Of a stretch of 64,000 nt of DNA, positions 48,510-57,684 are shown piece after piece. The position numbers and the translations under genes were made by a program. Positions within the stretch are counted from its first letter, which is position 1; every line of letters begins with the position of its first letter. This DNA comes from Opitutus sp. GAS368 (GTDB taxonomy: Bacteria > Verrucomicrobiota > Verrucomicrobiia > Opitutales > Opitutaceae), in assembly GCA_945882935.1 (NCBI GenBank), contig CAMCWW010000002.1, positions 26,274 to 90,273 of the forward strand, written 5' to 3'. The notes under the pieces were generated by a model. The model had not been told where the DNA came from, searched no databases, and saw only the letters and a list, made by a program, of their open reading frames with translations.

Positions 48510-49517
48510 TCACCACTCCATCTTCGGCGGCGGCGGCTTTAACGGCAATTCGTCGAGCTTCCCGGCGGCGGCGACCACTTCGTAGGCGGTGCGAAAGTGT
48601 AACTTGGCAAAATCGCCGAGTGCACGCGTGCCGAATTTTTGCATGATCTGGTCGGCCTGCCCTTTCACCAACGGCCCTGCGCCCTTTTGGAGCTTTTCAC
48701 CAAACTGCTGCGAGAGCGTGTGCATGGCCCGGATAAATTCCGCCCGCGCCACGACCGACGCGGCGGCGACGACCGGATCCGACTCCGCCTTGGTGCGCAT
48801 CCTGAGTTCAAAATTTTGCACTCCTTTCTTCGCCAGTTCACGCTGCACCAGCGGTTGTTCGGTGAACTGGTCGAGCAGCCCCCAAGGCACCGGACGTTTC
48901 GCGAGCGCATCGCCGAGCGCCGTGGCGTGCTGCCAAGCGAGCAAACGGTTCAGATTCGCCCCGGGGCGTCCCATCAGCTCGTTGTAGCGAGCCATAGTCC
49001 GGCAATAACAGACCTCAACCACCACGCCTTTGGTGCCCCGGATCAACGCGTCGAGCCGGACAATCTGGTTGTCCACGATTTTCTTCGAATCCTGCACGCC
49101 GGCCTCGCGCCACGCGTCGATCATGCCTTTGTCCGCGATCACGGTGGCCGCGACCACGGGACCGAAGAAATCTCCCTTGCCGCTTTCGTCGAGCCCCGCG
49201 TGCGCCTCGAACCAATCCGGATGCAGCACCTCGTCGTAACCCAGCTTCGCCGCCATCGTGACTTCGGGCTCCAGCGTCATGGTGACAAACTCTTCGGTGC
49301 CCTTACCGGCAATTACTACGACCTTGCGTTTGTCGTAAGCAGTCACGTTCACATTGCCGCCGCGAAAAGCGAAACGCGCGTAGGGCACTTCAAAGGGCTC
49401 CCACTGGCGCGCGGCGCATAAAGCACGGAGTTTCTCCATCTGCGCGTCGTCGAGCTTGATGGTATAGGTACTGAGCTTCTTGGGTTTTTCCTCGGCAGGT
49501 TCGCCGTGCTTGGCCAT
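48510..49517 (-). CDS. rnhC: Ribonuclease HIII
   Basis: N-terminal TBP-like substrate-binding domain (YTIKLDDAQMEKL...FRGGNVNVTAY) followed by GLDESGKGDFFGPVV. Confidence 0.85.
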   Translation of the reverse strand: MAKHGEPAEEKPKKLSTYTIKLDDAQMEKLRALCAARQWEPFEVPYARFAFRGGNVNVTAYDKRKVVVIAGKGTEEFVTMTLEPEVTMAAKLGYDEVLHPDWFEAHAGLDESGKGDFFGPVVAATVIADKGMIDAWREAGVQDSKKIVDNQIVRLDALIRGTKGVVVEVCYCRTMARYNELMGRPGANLNRLLAWQHATALGDALAKRPVPWGLLDQFTEQPLVQRELAKKGVQNFELRMRTKAESDPVVAAASVVARAEFIRAMHTLSQQFGEKLQKGAGPLVKGQADQIMQKFGTRALGDFAKLHFRTAYEVVAAAGKLDELPLKPPPPKMEW

Positions 49518-49547
49518 GGAATGCGAAGTGTTACCAAAACTCCGCCG

Positions 49548-50603
49548 ATGACACGCAAAACTTCCGCCTCAACCCATGCCGCCGCCCTGACCGGAAAGCG
49601 GGCCGAATTCTCAGCGGCGCTGCTCGGTTGGTATCGGGTCAACGCACGCCGTTTACCCTGGCGGGAAACGCCCTCGCTTTACCGCACGGTGGTCAGCGAG
49701 TTCATGCTCCAACAGACGCAGGTAAAGACCGTCCTCCCCTACTTCGCCCGTTGGCATGATGCGCTACCGGACTTCGCCGCACTGGCCGCCGCTCCGGAGG
49801 CCCAAGTGCTCAAACTCTGGGAAGGCCTCGGCTACTACTCACGGGCCCGAAACCTGCACCGGCTCGCCCAAGCGATCGCCGCCCTGCCCGCCGCGCCGCG
49901 CACCCCGGCCGAGTGGCAAGAGCTGCCCGGCGTCGGGCCTTACACCGCTGCCGCGATCACCAGTATTTCTTTCGGCGCGCCGGCTGCCTGCGTCGACGGC
50001 AATGTTGTGCGGATCCTCGCGCGTTTGACCGCCGATGCCACCGAGTATCGCGACAGCGCAACGGCGGCGAAGGCGTTCAGGCCTCTGGCCGACGCCCTGC
50101 TCTCCGCCAGCGCAGCCGGGGACCACAACCAAGCCATGATGGAGCTGGGAGCCACCGTTTGCTCCCGGCAAAACCCGCTCTGCCTCACCTGCCCCGTCCG
50201 CGCGTTCTGCGCCGCCTCCGCGCGCGGCGAACCGGAGGCGTTTCCCCGGCTTGCACCAAAAAAATTCGAACGCGTCGCCGTCACCCGCATTTGGTGCGAA
50301 CGCGACGGGGCCCTGCTGCTGCACCGCGCCGCCGCCGATGCCCGTCGTCTCGCCGGTCAGCACGAACTGCCCACCGCCGCCCAGTTTGGCCTCACCGAAA
50401 CCGCTGCCGCCCGCGGCCTGCTCCTCGCGACCCATCCGCGCGGCATCACGCGATTTCGGATCACAGAGTCGATCCACACCGCCGTCCCGCCCCGGGGAAA
50501 GCTCGCTCCCGGACTGATCTGGGTGCCGCGCGCAGAGATCACTTCAATTACCCTGTCGGGCCCGCATCGGCGCTGGATCACCGAAATTTTACGACGGAGT
50601 TGA
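49548..50603 (+). CDS. mutY: A/G-specific adenine DNA glycosylase
   Basis: LLGWYRVNARRLPWRE, VSEFMLQQTQV, the HhH-GPD motif, the 4Fe-4S Cys cluster C..C..C....C and a C-terminal NUDIX-like domain. Start is uncertain (GTG 49506, ATG 49521 or ATG 49548). All options abut or overlap the divergent rnhC start. Confidence 0.88.
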   Translation: MTRKTSASTHAAALTGKRAEFSAALLGWYRVNARRLPWRETPSLYRTVVSEFMLQQTQVKTVLPYFARWHDALPDFAALAAAPEAQVLKLWEGLGYYSRARNLHRLAQAIAALPAAPRTPAEWQELPGVGPYTAAAITSISFGAPAACVDGNVVRILARLTADATEYRDSATAAKAFRPLADALLSASAAGDHNQAMMELGATVCSRQNPLCLTCPVRAFCAASARGEPEAFPRLAPKKFERVAVTRIWCERDGALLLHRAAADARRLAGQHELPTAAQFGLTETAAARGLLLATHPRGITRFRITESIHTAVPPRGKLAPGLIWVPRAEITSITLSGPHRRWITEILRRS

Positions 50604-50608
50604 CCTCG

Positions 50609-51560
50609 TCAAAACCCCGGCGCCGCAGCCAACAAAGCCTCGACGTTCTCTTTCGATCGGAGCACGTCTTCCGGCTTCACCCGCGGGCTGAGTTCCAAAA
50701 CCAGTTCCTGACCCGGGCGCCAAAATTCGCTCACCCTCTTAATATCGATGTGACCGGAGCCAATCGGTTGGTGGTCCTGCCCGCTTGCACTCACATCGCG
50801 GAGGTGAAACCCAATCAGCCGCGGCGCATTTTTCGTCAGGTGGACGCGATGATCGAGCAATCCCATCGTCTGCTTGATGTCGGCGCGACCCGGGTCGTGC
50901 CAGTATCCCGCCGGGCTCCCTTCCGGCAAACCCGCGACAAAATCCGCGTAATCGGCATCAAGCGGCAGCTCCTCAAATTTCGCCCGAGTCTCGAAGCTCA
51001 GTTTCACGCCCTTGACCTCAGCAGAGTCGAAAACTTCGGGCGCGCTTGCCTGCGTTTGCGCCCAAAACGGCTTCATCCGCTTCCGCAGTTTTTCCAGCGC
51101 CTTGGCCACGAGCGCCGCATCCTTCGGGTCCCGTCGCGACCGGCGCTGGGATTCTCCCTGAGATATTTCTTCAGCTTCCTCGCTGGAATCGGCCCGAAAA
51201 ATGAAACGCTGCTGAGGTGATACACCGCCACTCGGGCCCTGACTTGGGCCGCGAAATCGATCGAGCGCTTGGTGTGACGCACCCACTGCTCAGGCTCCTT
51301 ATAGTCTGTCGCCGAAGGCTAGAAAAAGTTCGCCGCGGCCTGCACGACTCCGATCGGCAGCGGGCAAACGTTGTGGGTCGAGCCCACCTTGATCATGCCC
51401 TCCTCCACCGCTTTCAGGATACCGGGGACCAGCACGATCCGCACACCATGGCTCAGTTCAACCTGCTCGAATCCAAGATCGGCCATCTCCCGCAACATCG
51501 CATAGCCATCTTGGTGACGGTGTGAACACCAACAGCTTGAAACGGAAAATTCGGGCGCAC
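50609..51560 (-). pseudogene. Disrupted sugar phosphate isomerase/epimerase (xylose isomerase-like TIM barrel)
   Basis: Family-like sequence is split over frames. (a) ...FSVSSCWCSHRHQDGYAMLREMADLGFEQVELSHG...STHNVCPLPIGVVQAAANFF has no usable upstream start. (b) An in-frame TAG sits at 51319-51321. (c) The same frame continues ...HTKRSIDFAAQVRARVAVYHLSSV. (d) Homology switches to another frame (listed ORF 50609..51286), plausibly at the A5/T5 run 51197-51201. Confidence 0.6.
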
Positions 51561-51597
51561 CGTCAGAGCACGAACCAACCCGACAACGCGTTAGGCC

Positions 51598-51641
51598 AAA
51601 AAAAGACCGCCGCCTGAAATTAATCGGGCGGCGGCCTTTTT
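51598..51641 (-). terminator. Bidirectional rho-independent terminator downstream of rpsU
   Basis: GACCGCCGCC (51605-51614) pairs with GGCGGCGGCC (51627-51636): 9 bp plus 1 mismatch. Flanked by A7 (51598-51604, U7 on the minus strand) and T5 (51637-51641). Confidence 0.8.
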
Positions 51642-51661
51642 GGGGGAATTCTAATCCGGGA

Positions 51662-51859
51662 TTAGTCGGCGTGGCGACGACGGAGCATGTCCGTAAACTT
51701 CATGACCTTCTCGCGGCGGCGGCGCTTCTCGCAAGGCTTCTCGAAGTAACGCTTGGCGCGGGTGCCCTTGATGATGTTCTCGCGCTCGAGCTTCTTCTTC
51801 ATGCGACGAATCGCACGGTCGATAGGCTCGTTTTTGCGGATTTTGATTTCGATAGGCAT
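51662..51859 (-). CDS. rpsU: 30S ribosomal protein S21
   Basis: MPIEIKIRKNEPIDRAIRRMKKKLERENIIKGTRAKRYFEKP... The internal ATG at 51859 gives the canonical ~65 aa. Confidence 0.93.
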   Translation of the reverse strand: MPIEIKIRKNEPIDRAIRRMKKKLERENIIKGTRAKRYFEKPCEKRRRREKVMKFTDMLRRRHAD

Positions 51860-52011
51860 ACTCGGGAGTCGTTTGGTGAAGGAAAAGCCCGCTACCAAGC
51901 CAAGCCGCATCGCTCGCGTCAACGGCTTTTTTCCAACCCGCTTTCCCGCAATTTTTCAGCTCCCGAGGGCGCAAAACGGGCCTTTCGCCTTGCGCGATCC
52001 CGGCTCCGCCT

Positions 52012-55000
52012 TTGCCTTCCTCGTCTGTGCCGTCCGCCGACCTGAATTTCGTCCATCTCCACGTTCATTCGGACTACAGTCTGCTCGACGGCGCTTGCCG
52101 CATCGATCGCTTGACGGACCGGGCAGTCGCCCTCGGCATGCCCGCCCTCGCGCTCACCGACCACGGAAACCTTTTTGGCGCCATCGAATTCTACAACACC
52201 GCCAAATCCAAAGGCATCAAACCGCTCGTCGGTTGCGAGCTCTACCTCGTTGAGACTTCACGCCTTGAGAAACACGGCCGCTCCGACGACGACGGCAAAA
52301 GCATCTTCCACCTCGGCCTGCTGGCAAAGAACCTAACCGGCTACCAAAACCTGCTCAAACTCGTCTCCGACGCCCACCTCAAGGGCTTTTACTACAAGCC
52401 TCGCACCGATCTCGATACCCTCGCCAAATACGCCCCCGGACTCATCGGCTTCACCGGCTGTCTTGCCTCTCTCGTTCCCCAGCACCTCCTCCACGACCGC
52501 GAGGAAGAAGCCCGCAAAGCCTGCGCGCGTTTCGTCGATATCTTCGGCCGCGAAAACTACTTCGTCGAGATCCAGGATCACGGCATCCCCGAGCAGCGTA
52601 AAATTATCCCCGGCCTCCTCAAACTCGCCGAAGAGTTCAACCTGAAGGTCATCGCCACGAACGACGTTCACTACGTCAACTCCACCGATTCCGGCCCCCA
52701 CGACGCGATGCTCTGCATCCAGACGGGGGCCAAAATCGAAGACGAGAAACGCATGAAATTTTCGGGCCATGAGTTCTACTTGAAGTCCCGGGCCGAGATG
52801 GAGAAACTCTTCACCGAGGTCCCCGAATCCATCACCAACACCCAGCTCGTCGCCGAGATGTGCGACCTCGCGATTCCCTTCCCCAAAGGCAGCGAGCGCT
52901 ACCCCAAGTTTCCCCTGCCCGTCGAGGTCTCCGCCAAGACCAACCGCGCCGGTTACCTAAAGGACCTTTGCATCGCCGGGCTTCGCCGTCGCTACGGCCT
53001 TGATTATGACCGCCCCGCCGCCCACGCCGATCCCGCGCTCGGCCAGACCCTAGTTGATCGCCTCGATTTCGAACTCAGCATCATCGGCAAAACCGGCTTC
53101 ATCGACTACTTCCTCGTCGTTTGGGACTTCATCGATTGGGCGCGCAAACATGACATCCCCGTCGGACCCGGCCGCGGCTCCGGCGCCGGTTGCCTCGTCG
53201 CCTACGTCCTCGCGATCACCAACCTCGATCCGCTCCGTTTCAAGCTGCTCTTCGAGCGCTTCCTGAATCCCGAGCGCGTCTCCCCGCCCGACTTCGACAT
53301 CGACTTCTGCATGAGACGCCGCGGCGAGGTCATCAACTACGTCCGCGAGAAATACGGCAAGGACTGCGTCGCCAACATCATCACCTACGGCACGCTCGGC
53401 GCCAAGATGGTCATCCGCGACATCTCGCGCGTCCACAACCTCGCCTACGCCGACGCCGACCGGCTCGCGAAGATGATCCCCGACGAGCTCAACATCACGC
53501 TCGAGGACGCCCTCAAGAAGTCCACCGAGCTGCGCGACGAAGTCGCCCGCAATCCCGTCACCAAAAAAATCTTCGACCAAGCCCGCGTCCTTGAGGGCAT
53601 GGTCCGCAACACCGGCAAACACGCCGCCGGCATCATCATCACGGACCGCCCCCTCGACGAGTTCGTTCCGCTCACCCTCCAGGAAGAAGACGTCACCGTG
53701 CAGTTCGACATGAACGCCGTGGGTAAGCTCGGCCTGCTGAAGATGGACTTCCTCGGCCTGAAGACGCTCACCGTCATCGCCGACGCCGTGGACAACATCC
53801 GCCGCACCGCCGATCCGAAGTTCGACATCGAGACCATCCCGCTCGAAGACGCGAAGACCTTCGCCCTGCTCAACTCCGGCCGCACCACCGGCGTATTCCA
53901 GCTTGAATCCGGCGGCATGCAAAACCTCTGCCGCCAGATCAGCCTCTCCACGATCGACGAGATCGTCGCCCTCATCGCCCTTTACCGCCCCGGCCCCATG
54001 GAGTGGATTCCCGACTACGTCCGCGGCAAAAAAGACCCGTCCACCGTCACTTATCCTCACAAGCTCCTCGAAGAGGTCTGCCGCGAGACCTACGGTATCA
54101 TGGTCTATCAGGAACAAGTCATGGAGGCCGCCAAAATTATCGCCGGCTACACCCTCGGCGGCGCCGACATGCTCCGCCGCGCCATGGGTAAGAAAGACGC
54201 CGACGCCATGGCCGAGGAGCGCACCAAGTTCGTCGAGGGCGCCAAGCGCGTGAATAACATCGAGGAAAAAACCGCCAACTCGATCTTCGACATCCTCAAC
54301 AAATTCGCCGGCTACGGCTTCAACAAATCCCACTCTGCCGCCTACGCGATCCTCAGCTACCAAACCGGGTTCTTAAAAGCCAACTACCCCGTCCAATTCA
54401 TGGCCGCCATGCTCAGCTCCGAGCTCGGCAACTCCGAAAAGGTCTCTCACTTCGTCGCCGAATGCGAAGCCATGGGCCTCAAGGTCCTCGGCCCCGATGT
54501 GAACGAGTCCCGGGAGATGTTCACGCCCGTCGCCGACAAAATCCGCTTTGGTCTCGCCGGCGTCAAAGGCGTGGGCGAGCTCGCCGCACAAAAAATTATC
54601 GCCGAACGCGACGCCAAAGGTCCTTTCGCCTCCTTTGAGGATTTCATCTCCCGCGTCGACGGCCGTGCGATCAACAAGCGCGTGCTCGAGCACCTCTCCA
54701 AGACCGGTGCCTTCGATTTCAGCGGCGCTCTCCGCAAGAAGATATTCGACCGCATCGACGGCGCCATGGCCACCGCCGCCAATAACGCCCGCGACAAAGC
54801 CGCCGGCCAGCACAGCTTCATGGCCATGCTCGCCGAGCCCGCCCCGGCGAAGAAATCTCCCGCCTCCACCGCCGTCTCGCGCACCGCCCTCCCCTCCGCC
54901 CCCGGCTCCGCCGACATCGAGGACTTCACCTCCGCCGAGCGCCTCATTTTCGAAAAAGAACTCCTCGGCTTCTACGTCTCCGGCCATCCGATGAACGTTT

Positions 55001-55617
55001 ACGCCGGCATCACCGACGCCGTGGACACCTACGCCGTGGACGACCTGCTCAAACAGGGCGACCGCATCGAATTCCGCATCGCCGGCATCGCCAGCAACAT
55101 CGTCAAACGGCTCTCGAAAAAAGATAATCGCCCGTGGGCGATGTTCACCCTCGCCACGAAGAACGCCTCCGTGGCGCTCAACTTATTCGCCGACGGCTAT
55201 GCCAACTACGGCACTATCCTCGCCGAAAACGCGCCCATCCTCGTCCTCGGCAACATCATCACCGGCACCGAGGGCCCACGCATCAACGTCAAGGAGTGCT
55301 ACCCGCTCGACAACGAGGTCACCCGCCTCGTCAAAAAGGTCACTTGGCTCCTCGACCCCGCCCACCCCGAGCTCCCCTCGTTTCTCCGCCTCCTCCGGGA
55401 GATCTTGAATAAGCAGGTCGGCGACACCCGCGTCGAATTCGCCTTCATGTTCGAGAAACGCATCGCGCCCTTCGCCGAGGCCAGCACCGCGCTCACCTGG
55501 AAACTCAACGGTGCCACCTTCCAACAGCTCCGCGCCCATCCCGCCGTCGCCGGTGTCCAGCTCCAAACCCGCGCCCTCGAGTTGAAGCAGGACCGCAAAT
55601 GGTCGAAGAAGTCCTGA
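52012..55617 (+). CDS. dnaE: DNA polymerase III subunit alpha
   Basis: PHP domain FVHLHVHSDYSLLDGA, polymerase core, HhH and OB-fold regions; 1201 aa. The TTG start at 52012 gives a canonical spacing before FVHLHVHS. Confidence 0.97.
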   Translation: MPSSSVPSADLNFVHLHVHSDYSLLDGACRIDRLTDRAVALGMPALALTDHGNLFGAIEFYNTAKSKGIKPLVGCELYLVETSRLEKHGRSDDDGKSIFHLGLLAKNLTGYQNLLKLVSDAHLKGFYYKPRTDLDTLAKYAPGLIGFTGCLASLVPQHLLHDREEEARKACARFVDIFGRENYFVEIQDHGIPEQRKIIPGLLKLAEEFNLKVIATNDVHYVNSTDSGPHDAMLCIQTGAKIEDEKRMKFSGHEFYLKSRAEMEKLFTEVPESITNTQLVAEMCDLAIPFPKGSERYPKFPLPVEVSAKTNRAGYLKDLCIAGLRRRYGLDYDRPAAHADPALGQTLVDRLDFELSIIGKTGFIDYFLVVWDFIDWARKHDIPVGPGRGSGAGCLVAYVLAITNLDPLRFKLLFERFLNPERVSPPDFDIDFCMRRRGEVINYVREKYGKDCVANIITYGTLGAKMVIRDISRVHNLAYADADRLAKMIPDELNITLEDALKKSTELRDEVARNPVTKKIFDQARVLEGMVRNTGKHAAGIIITDRPLDEFVPLTLQEEDVTVQFDMNAVGKLGLLKMDFLGLKTLTVIADAVDNIRRTADPKFDIETIPLEDAKTFALLNSGRTTGVFQLESGGMQNLCRQISLSTIDEIVALIALYRPGPMEWIPDYVRGKKDPSTVTYPHKLLEEVCRETYGIMVYQEQVMEAAKIIAGYTLGGADMLRRAMGKKDADAMAEERTKFVEGAKRVNNIEEKTANSIFDILNKFAGYGFNKSHSAAYAILSYQTGFLKANYPVQFMAAMLSSELGNSEKVSHFVAECEAMGLKVLGPDVNESREMFTPVADKIRFGLAGVKGVGELAAQKIIAERDAKGPFASFEDFISRVDGRAINKRVLEHLSKTGAFDFSGALRKKIFDRIDGAMATAANNARDKAAGQHSFMAMLAEPAPAKKSPASTAVSRTALPSAPGSADIEDFTSAERLIFEKELLGFYVSGHPMNVYAGITDAVDTYAVDDLLKQGDRIEFRIAGIASNIVKRLSKKDNRPWAMFTLATKNASVALNLFADGYANYGTILAENAPILVLGNIITGTEGPRINVKECYPLDNEVTRLVKKVTWLLDPAHPELPSFLRLLREILNKQVGDTRVEFAFMFEKRIAPFAEASTALTWKLNGATFQQLRAHPAVAGVQLQTRALELKQDRKWSKKS

Positions 55618-55678
55618 CCGCACCGTCCGGAAATAACATTTCCCCTTTTCCCGTCTTTCGTGTGTTTCGTAGCGACAC

Positions 55679-56800
55679 ATGATCGACCAGGCTCTGCTCA
55701 ATCACGCCGCCGGCGTACTCAAAACCATTTCCGCCGACCAACGCGCCGACACCGCCCTGCGCTACTATTTCGAACGCCACGGCTACATTCAGCCGCCCGC
55801 CCGCCGCGTGATCAGTCATGCGGTCTTCGTCTATTTTCGCTGGTTTCAATGGCTCGACGAAAAAGTCTCCCCTCAGAAACGGCTCGAACAAGCCCAAGGC
55901 TTGCACGAGCGCTTCACCGCCGATCCGAAATCCGTCAAGACCGAGGCCCTCGCTGCCCTCGCCGTGCCCGACTGGCTCAAGACTGAGCTCACCGAACTCC
56001 CCGCCGACTATTTTCGTCAACTCCAGCGCGATCCCGCGCTCTGGCTCCGCGCCCGGCCCGGCCAGGTCCACCGTCTCGCCAAAGCCCTCTTCTGCGGCGA
56101 GCTCACGCCCCAAGCACCCGATGCCCTCCGGTTCACGGGCACCAACGATCTTTTCAAATCTGAGCCCTTCAAAGCCGGCGCCTTCGAGATCCAAGATCTC
56201 GCCTCGCAACTCGTCAGCGTCGCCGCCGCCCCTCTGCCAGGCGAGACATGGTGGGACGCTTGTGCCGGCGAAGGCGGCAAAACCCTCCACCTCGCCGATC
56301 TTATGATGAACAAGGGCCTCGTCTGGGCCACCGACCGCCACGAGAAGCGGATCGAGACTCTCAAGCGCCGCGCCGCCCGCGCGAAACTCTTCAACTACCG
56401 CACCGCTTTCTGGGACGGTTCTGCCCGTCTTCCCACCAAGGCCAAGTTCGACGGCATCCTCCTCGATGCTCCCTGCAGCGGCGTCGGCACGTGGCAACGC
56501 AACCCCCACGCCCGTTGGACGACCACCCCGACCGACGTCGCCGAACTCGCCGCCACCCAGCTCGCGATGCTCAACCACATCGCCGGCTCGCTCAAACCCG
56601 GCGGTCGCCTCGTTTACTCCGTCTGCACCCTCACCCGCAGCGAGACCACGGCCGTTGCCGCCGCCTTCACCGCCCTGCACCCCGAACTCGAGCCGCTCCC
56701 GCTCGCCGCGCTCAAGTCGACCCAGCCCGCTCTCTTTCTCTGGCCCCACGAGCTCAACGCCAACGGCATGTTCATCGCCACGTGGCAGCGAAAAAAATAA
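55679..56800 (+). CDS. rRNA cytosine-C5 methyltransferase, RsmB/RsmF (NOL1/NOP2/Sun) family
   Basis: DACAGEGGKTLHLADL (SAM site), LLDAPCSGVGTWQRNP and VYSVCTL (catalytic Cys motifs). Confidence 0.88.
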   Translation: MIDQALLNHAAGVLKTISADQRADTALRYYFERHGYIQPPARRVISHAVFVYFRWFQWLDEKVSPQKRLEQAQGLHERFTADPKSVKTEALAALAVPDWLKTELTELPADYFRQLQRDPALWLRARPGQVHRLAKALFCGELTPQAPDALRFTGTNDLFKSEPFKAGAFEIQDLASQLVSVAAAPLPGETWWDACAGEGGKTLHLADLMMNKGLVWATDRHEKRIETLKRRAARAKLFNYRTAFWDGSARLPTKAKFDGILLDAPCSGVGTWQRNPHARWTTTPTDVAELAATQLAMLNHIAGSLKPGGRLVYSVCTLTRSETTAVAAAFTALHPELEPLPLAALKSTQPALFLWPHELNANGMFIATWQRKK

Positions 56801-57621
56801 CGCCAGCCACCGTCCGCGCCGATTTCAACGATCCCGTCGCGGTCATCCATTACGCCCGCGCGGCCCACTTCATGGGCTTGTGGGCGTCCGAGCGTGTCCT
56901 CATCGGCCGGTATTTTACCGACCTCACGGCGCCCCTGCTCGAAGCCGGTTGCGGCGCCGGCCGCGCGACCCTCGGCCTTTGGGATGCCGGCTACAAAAAT
57001 CTGACCGCCTTCGACTTTGCCGCCGAACTCATCGACCAAGCCCGTTCCCTCGCCACCACCCGCGGCGCCGCCGCCATCCGCTTCCTCCACGCCGACGCCA
57101 CCAAACTCCCTCCGGAAATTTGTCATCTAATGGATGACGAACCTCGGATTTCTCCTCTCAAGAGCACGAAGGACAATTGTCATCTATTAGATGACAAACG
57201 TTTCGGCGGCGCGCTTTTTCTCTTTAACGGCCTGATGCAGATTCCCCGCCGTGCGCGGCGCCGGGCTGCGCTCCGCCACCTCCACCGCGTGTGCGCACCC
57301 GGCGCGCCGCTCCTCATCACGACCCACGACCGCGAGCAAAACCAAGTCGAGCGCGCCCTCTGGCGGCTCGAAGCCCTCCGCTGGGAACGCAGCGAACAGG
57401 ACCCGCGCCTGCTCGAATTCGGTGACCGCTACTTCGACGAGGCCGGCGTCGGGCGCACCTTCATGCACCTGCCCGACCGCGCCGAAATCCTCGCCGATTT
57501 CGCCGCGACCGGCTGGACGCATACCTTCGACGCGCTCCGCAAAACCATCGCGACGGAGGCCCGCGCCGTGCGCGATTTCTCCGACGAGTGCCGCTTCTGG
57601 GTCGCCCACCGCGGGCCTTGA
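56782..57621 (+). CDS. Class I SAM-dependent methyltransferase carrying a 26-aa AT-rich insert
   Basis: Motif I LLEAGCGAGRATLGLW. GTG at 56782 overlaps the rsmB-like stop by 19 nt (alternative ATG 56872). The listed 56248 start is an out-of-frame overlap artefact within the rsmB-like gene. Confidence 0.75.
   Translation: MAAKKITPATVRADFNDPVAVIHYARAAHFMGLWASERVLIGRYFTDLTAPLLEAGCGAGRATLGLWDAGYKNLTAFDFAAELIDQARSLATTRGAAAIRFLHADATKLPPEICHLMDDEPRISPLKSTKDNCHLLDDKRFGGALFLFNGLMQIPRRARRRAALRHLHRVCAPGAPLLITTHDREQNQVERALWRLEALRWERSEQDPRLLEFGDRYFDEAGVGRTFMHLPDRAEILADFAATGWTHTFDALRKTIATEARAVRDFSDECRFWVAHRGP
57117..57199. repeat. Two copies of a ~25-nt palindromic motif (TTGTCATC-N5-GATGAC[G/A]A), 57 nt apart, low GC
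   Basis: Copy 1 spans 57120-57140 (7 of 8 bp arms). Copy 2 spans 57177-57197 (perfect 8-bp arms). The copies match at 21 of 25 positions. G+C is 33 of 83 by hand count, in an otherwise GC-rich gene. Confidence 0.8.
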
Positions 57622-57637
57622 TCTCGGCTTTGGGCGG

Positions 57638-57661
57638 GGACGGTTCGCCGGCGAGCCGTCC
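57638..57661. terminator. GC-rich 24-nt palindrome between convergent genes (possible bidirectional terminator, no U-tract)
   Basis: GGACGGTTCGCC|GGCGAGCCGTCC: the arms are complementary with one G-U pair. Confidence 0.35.
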
Positions 57662-57684
57662 ACCACGCTCCGTCCGAATCACGT

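Noticed and set aside
49913-51220. 435-aa plus-strand ORF spanning the mutY 3' half and the TIM-barrel pseudogene.
   Set aside because: It is out of frame with mutY, Arg/Pro-rich (RRRALHRCRDHQYFFRRAGCLRRRQ...) and has no recognisable domain. It is a GC artefact.
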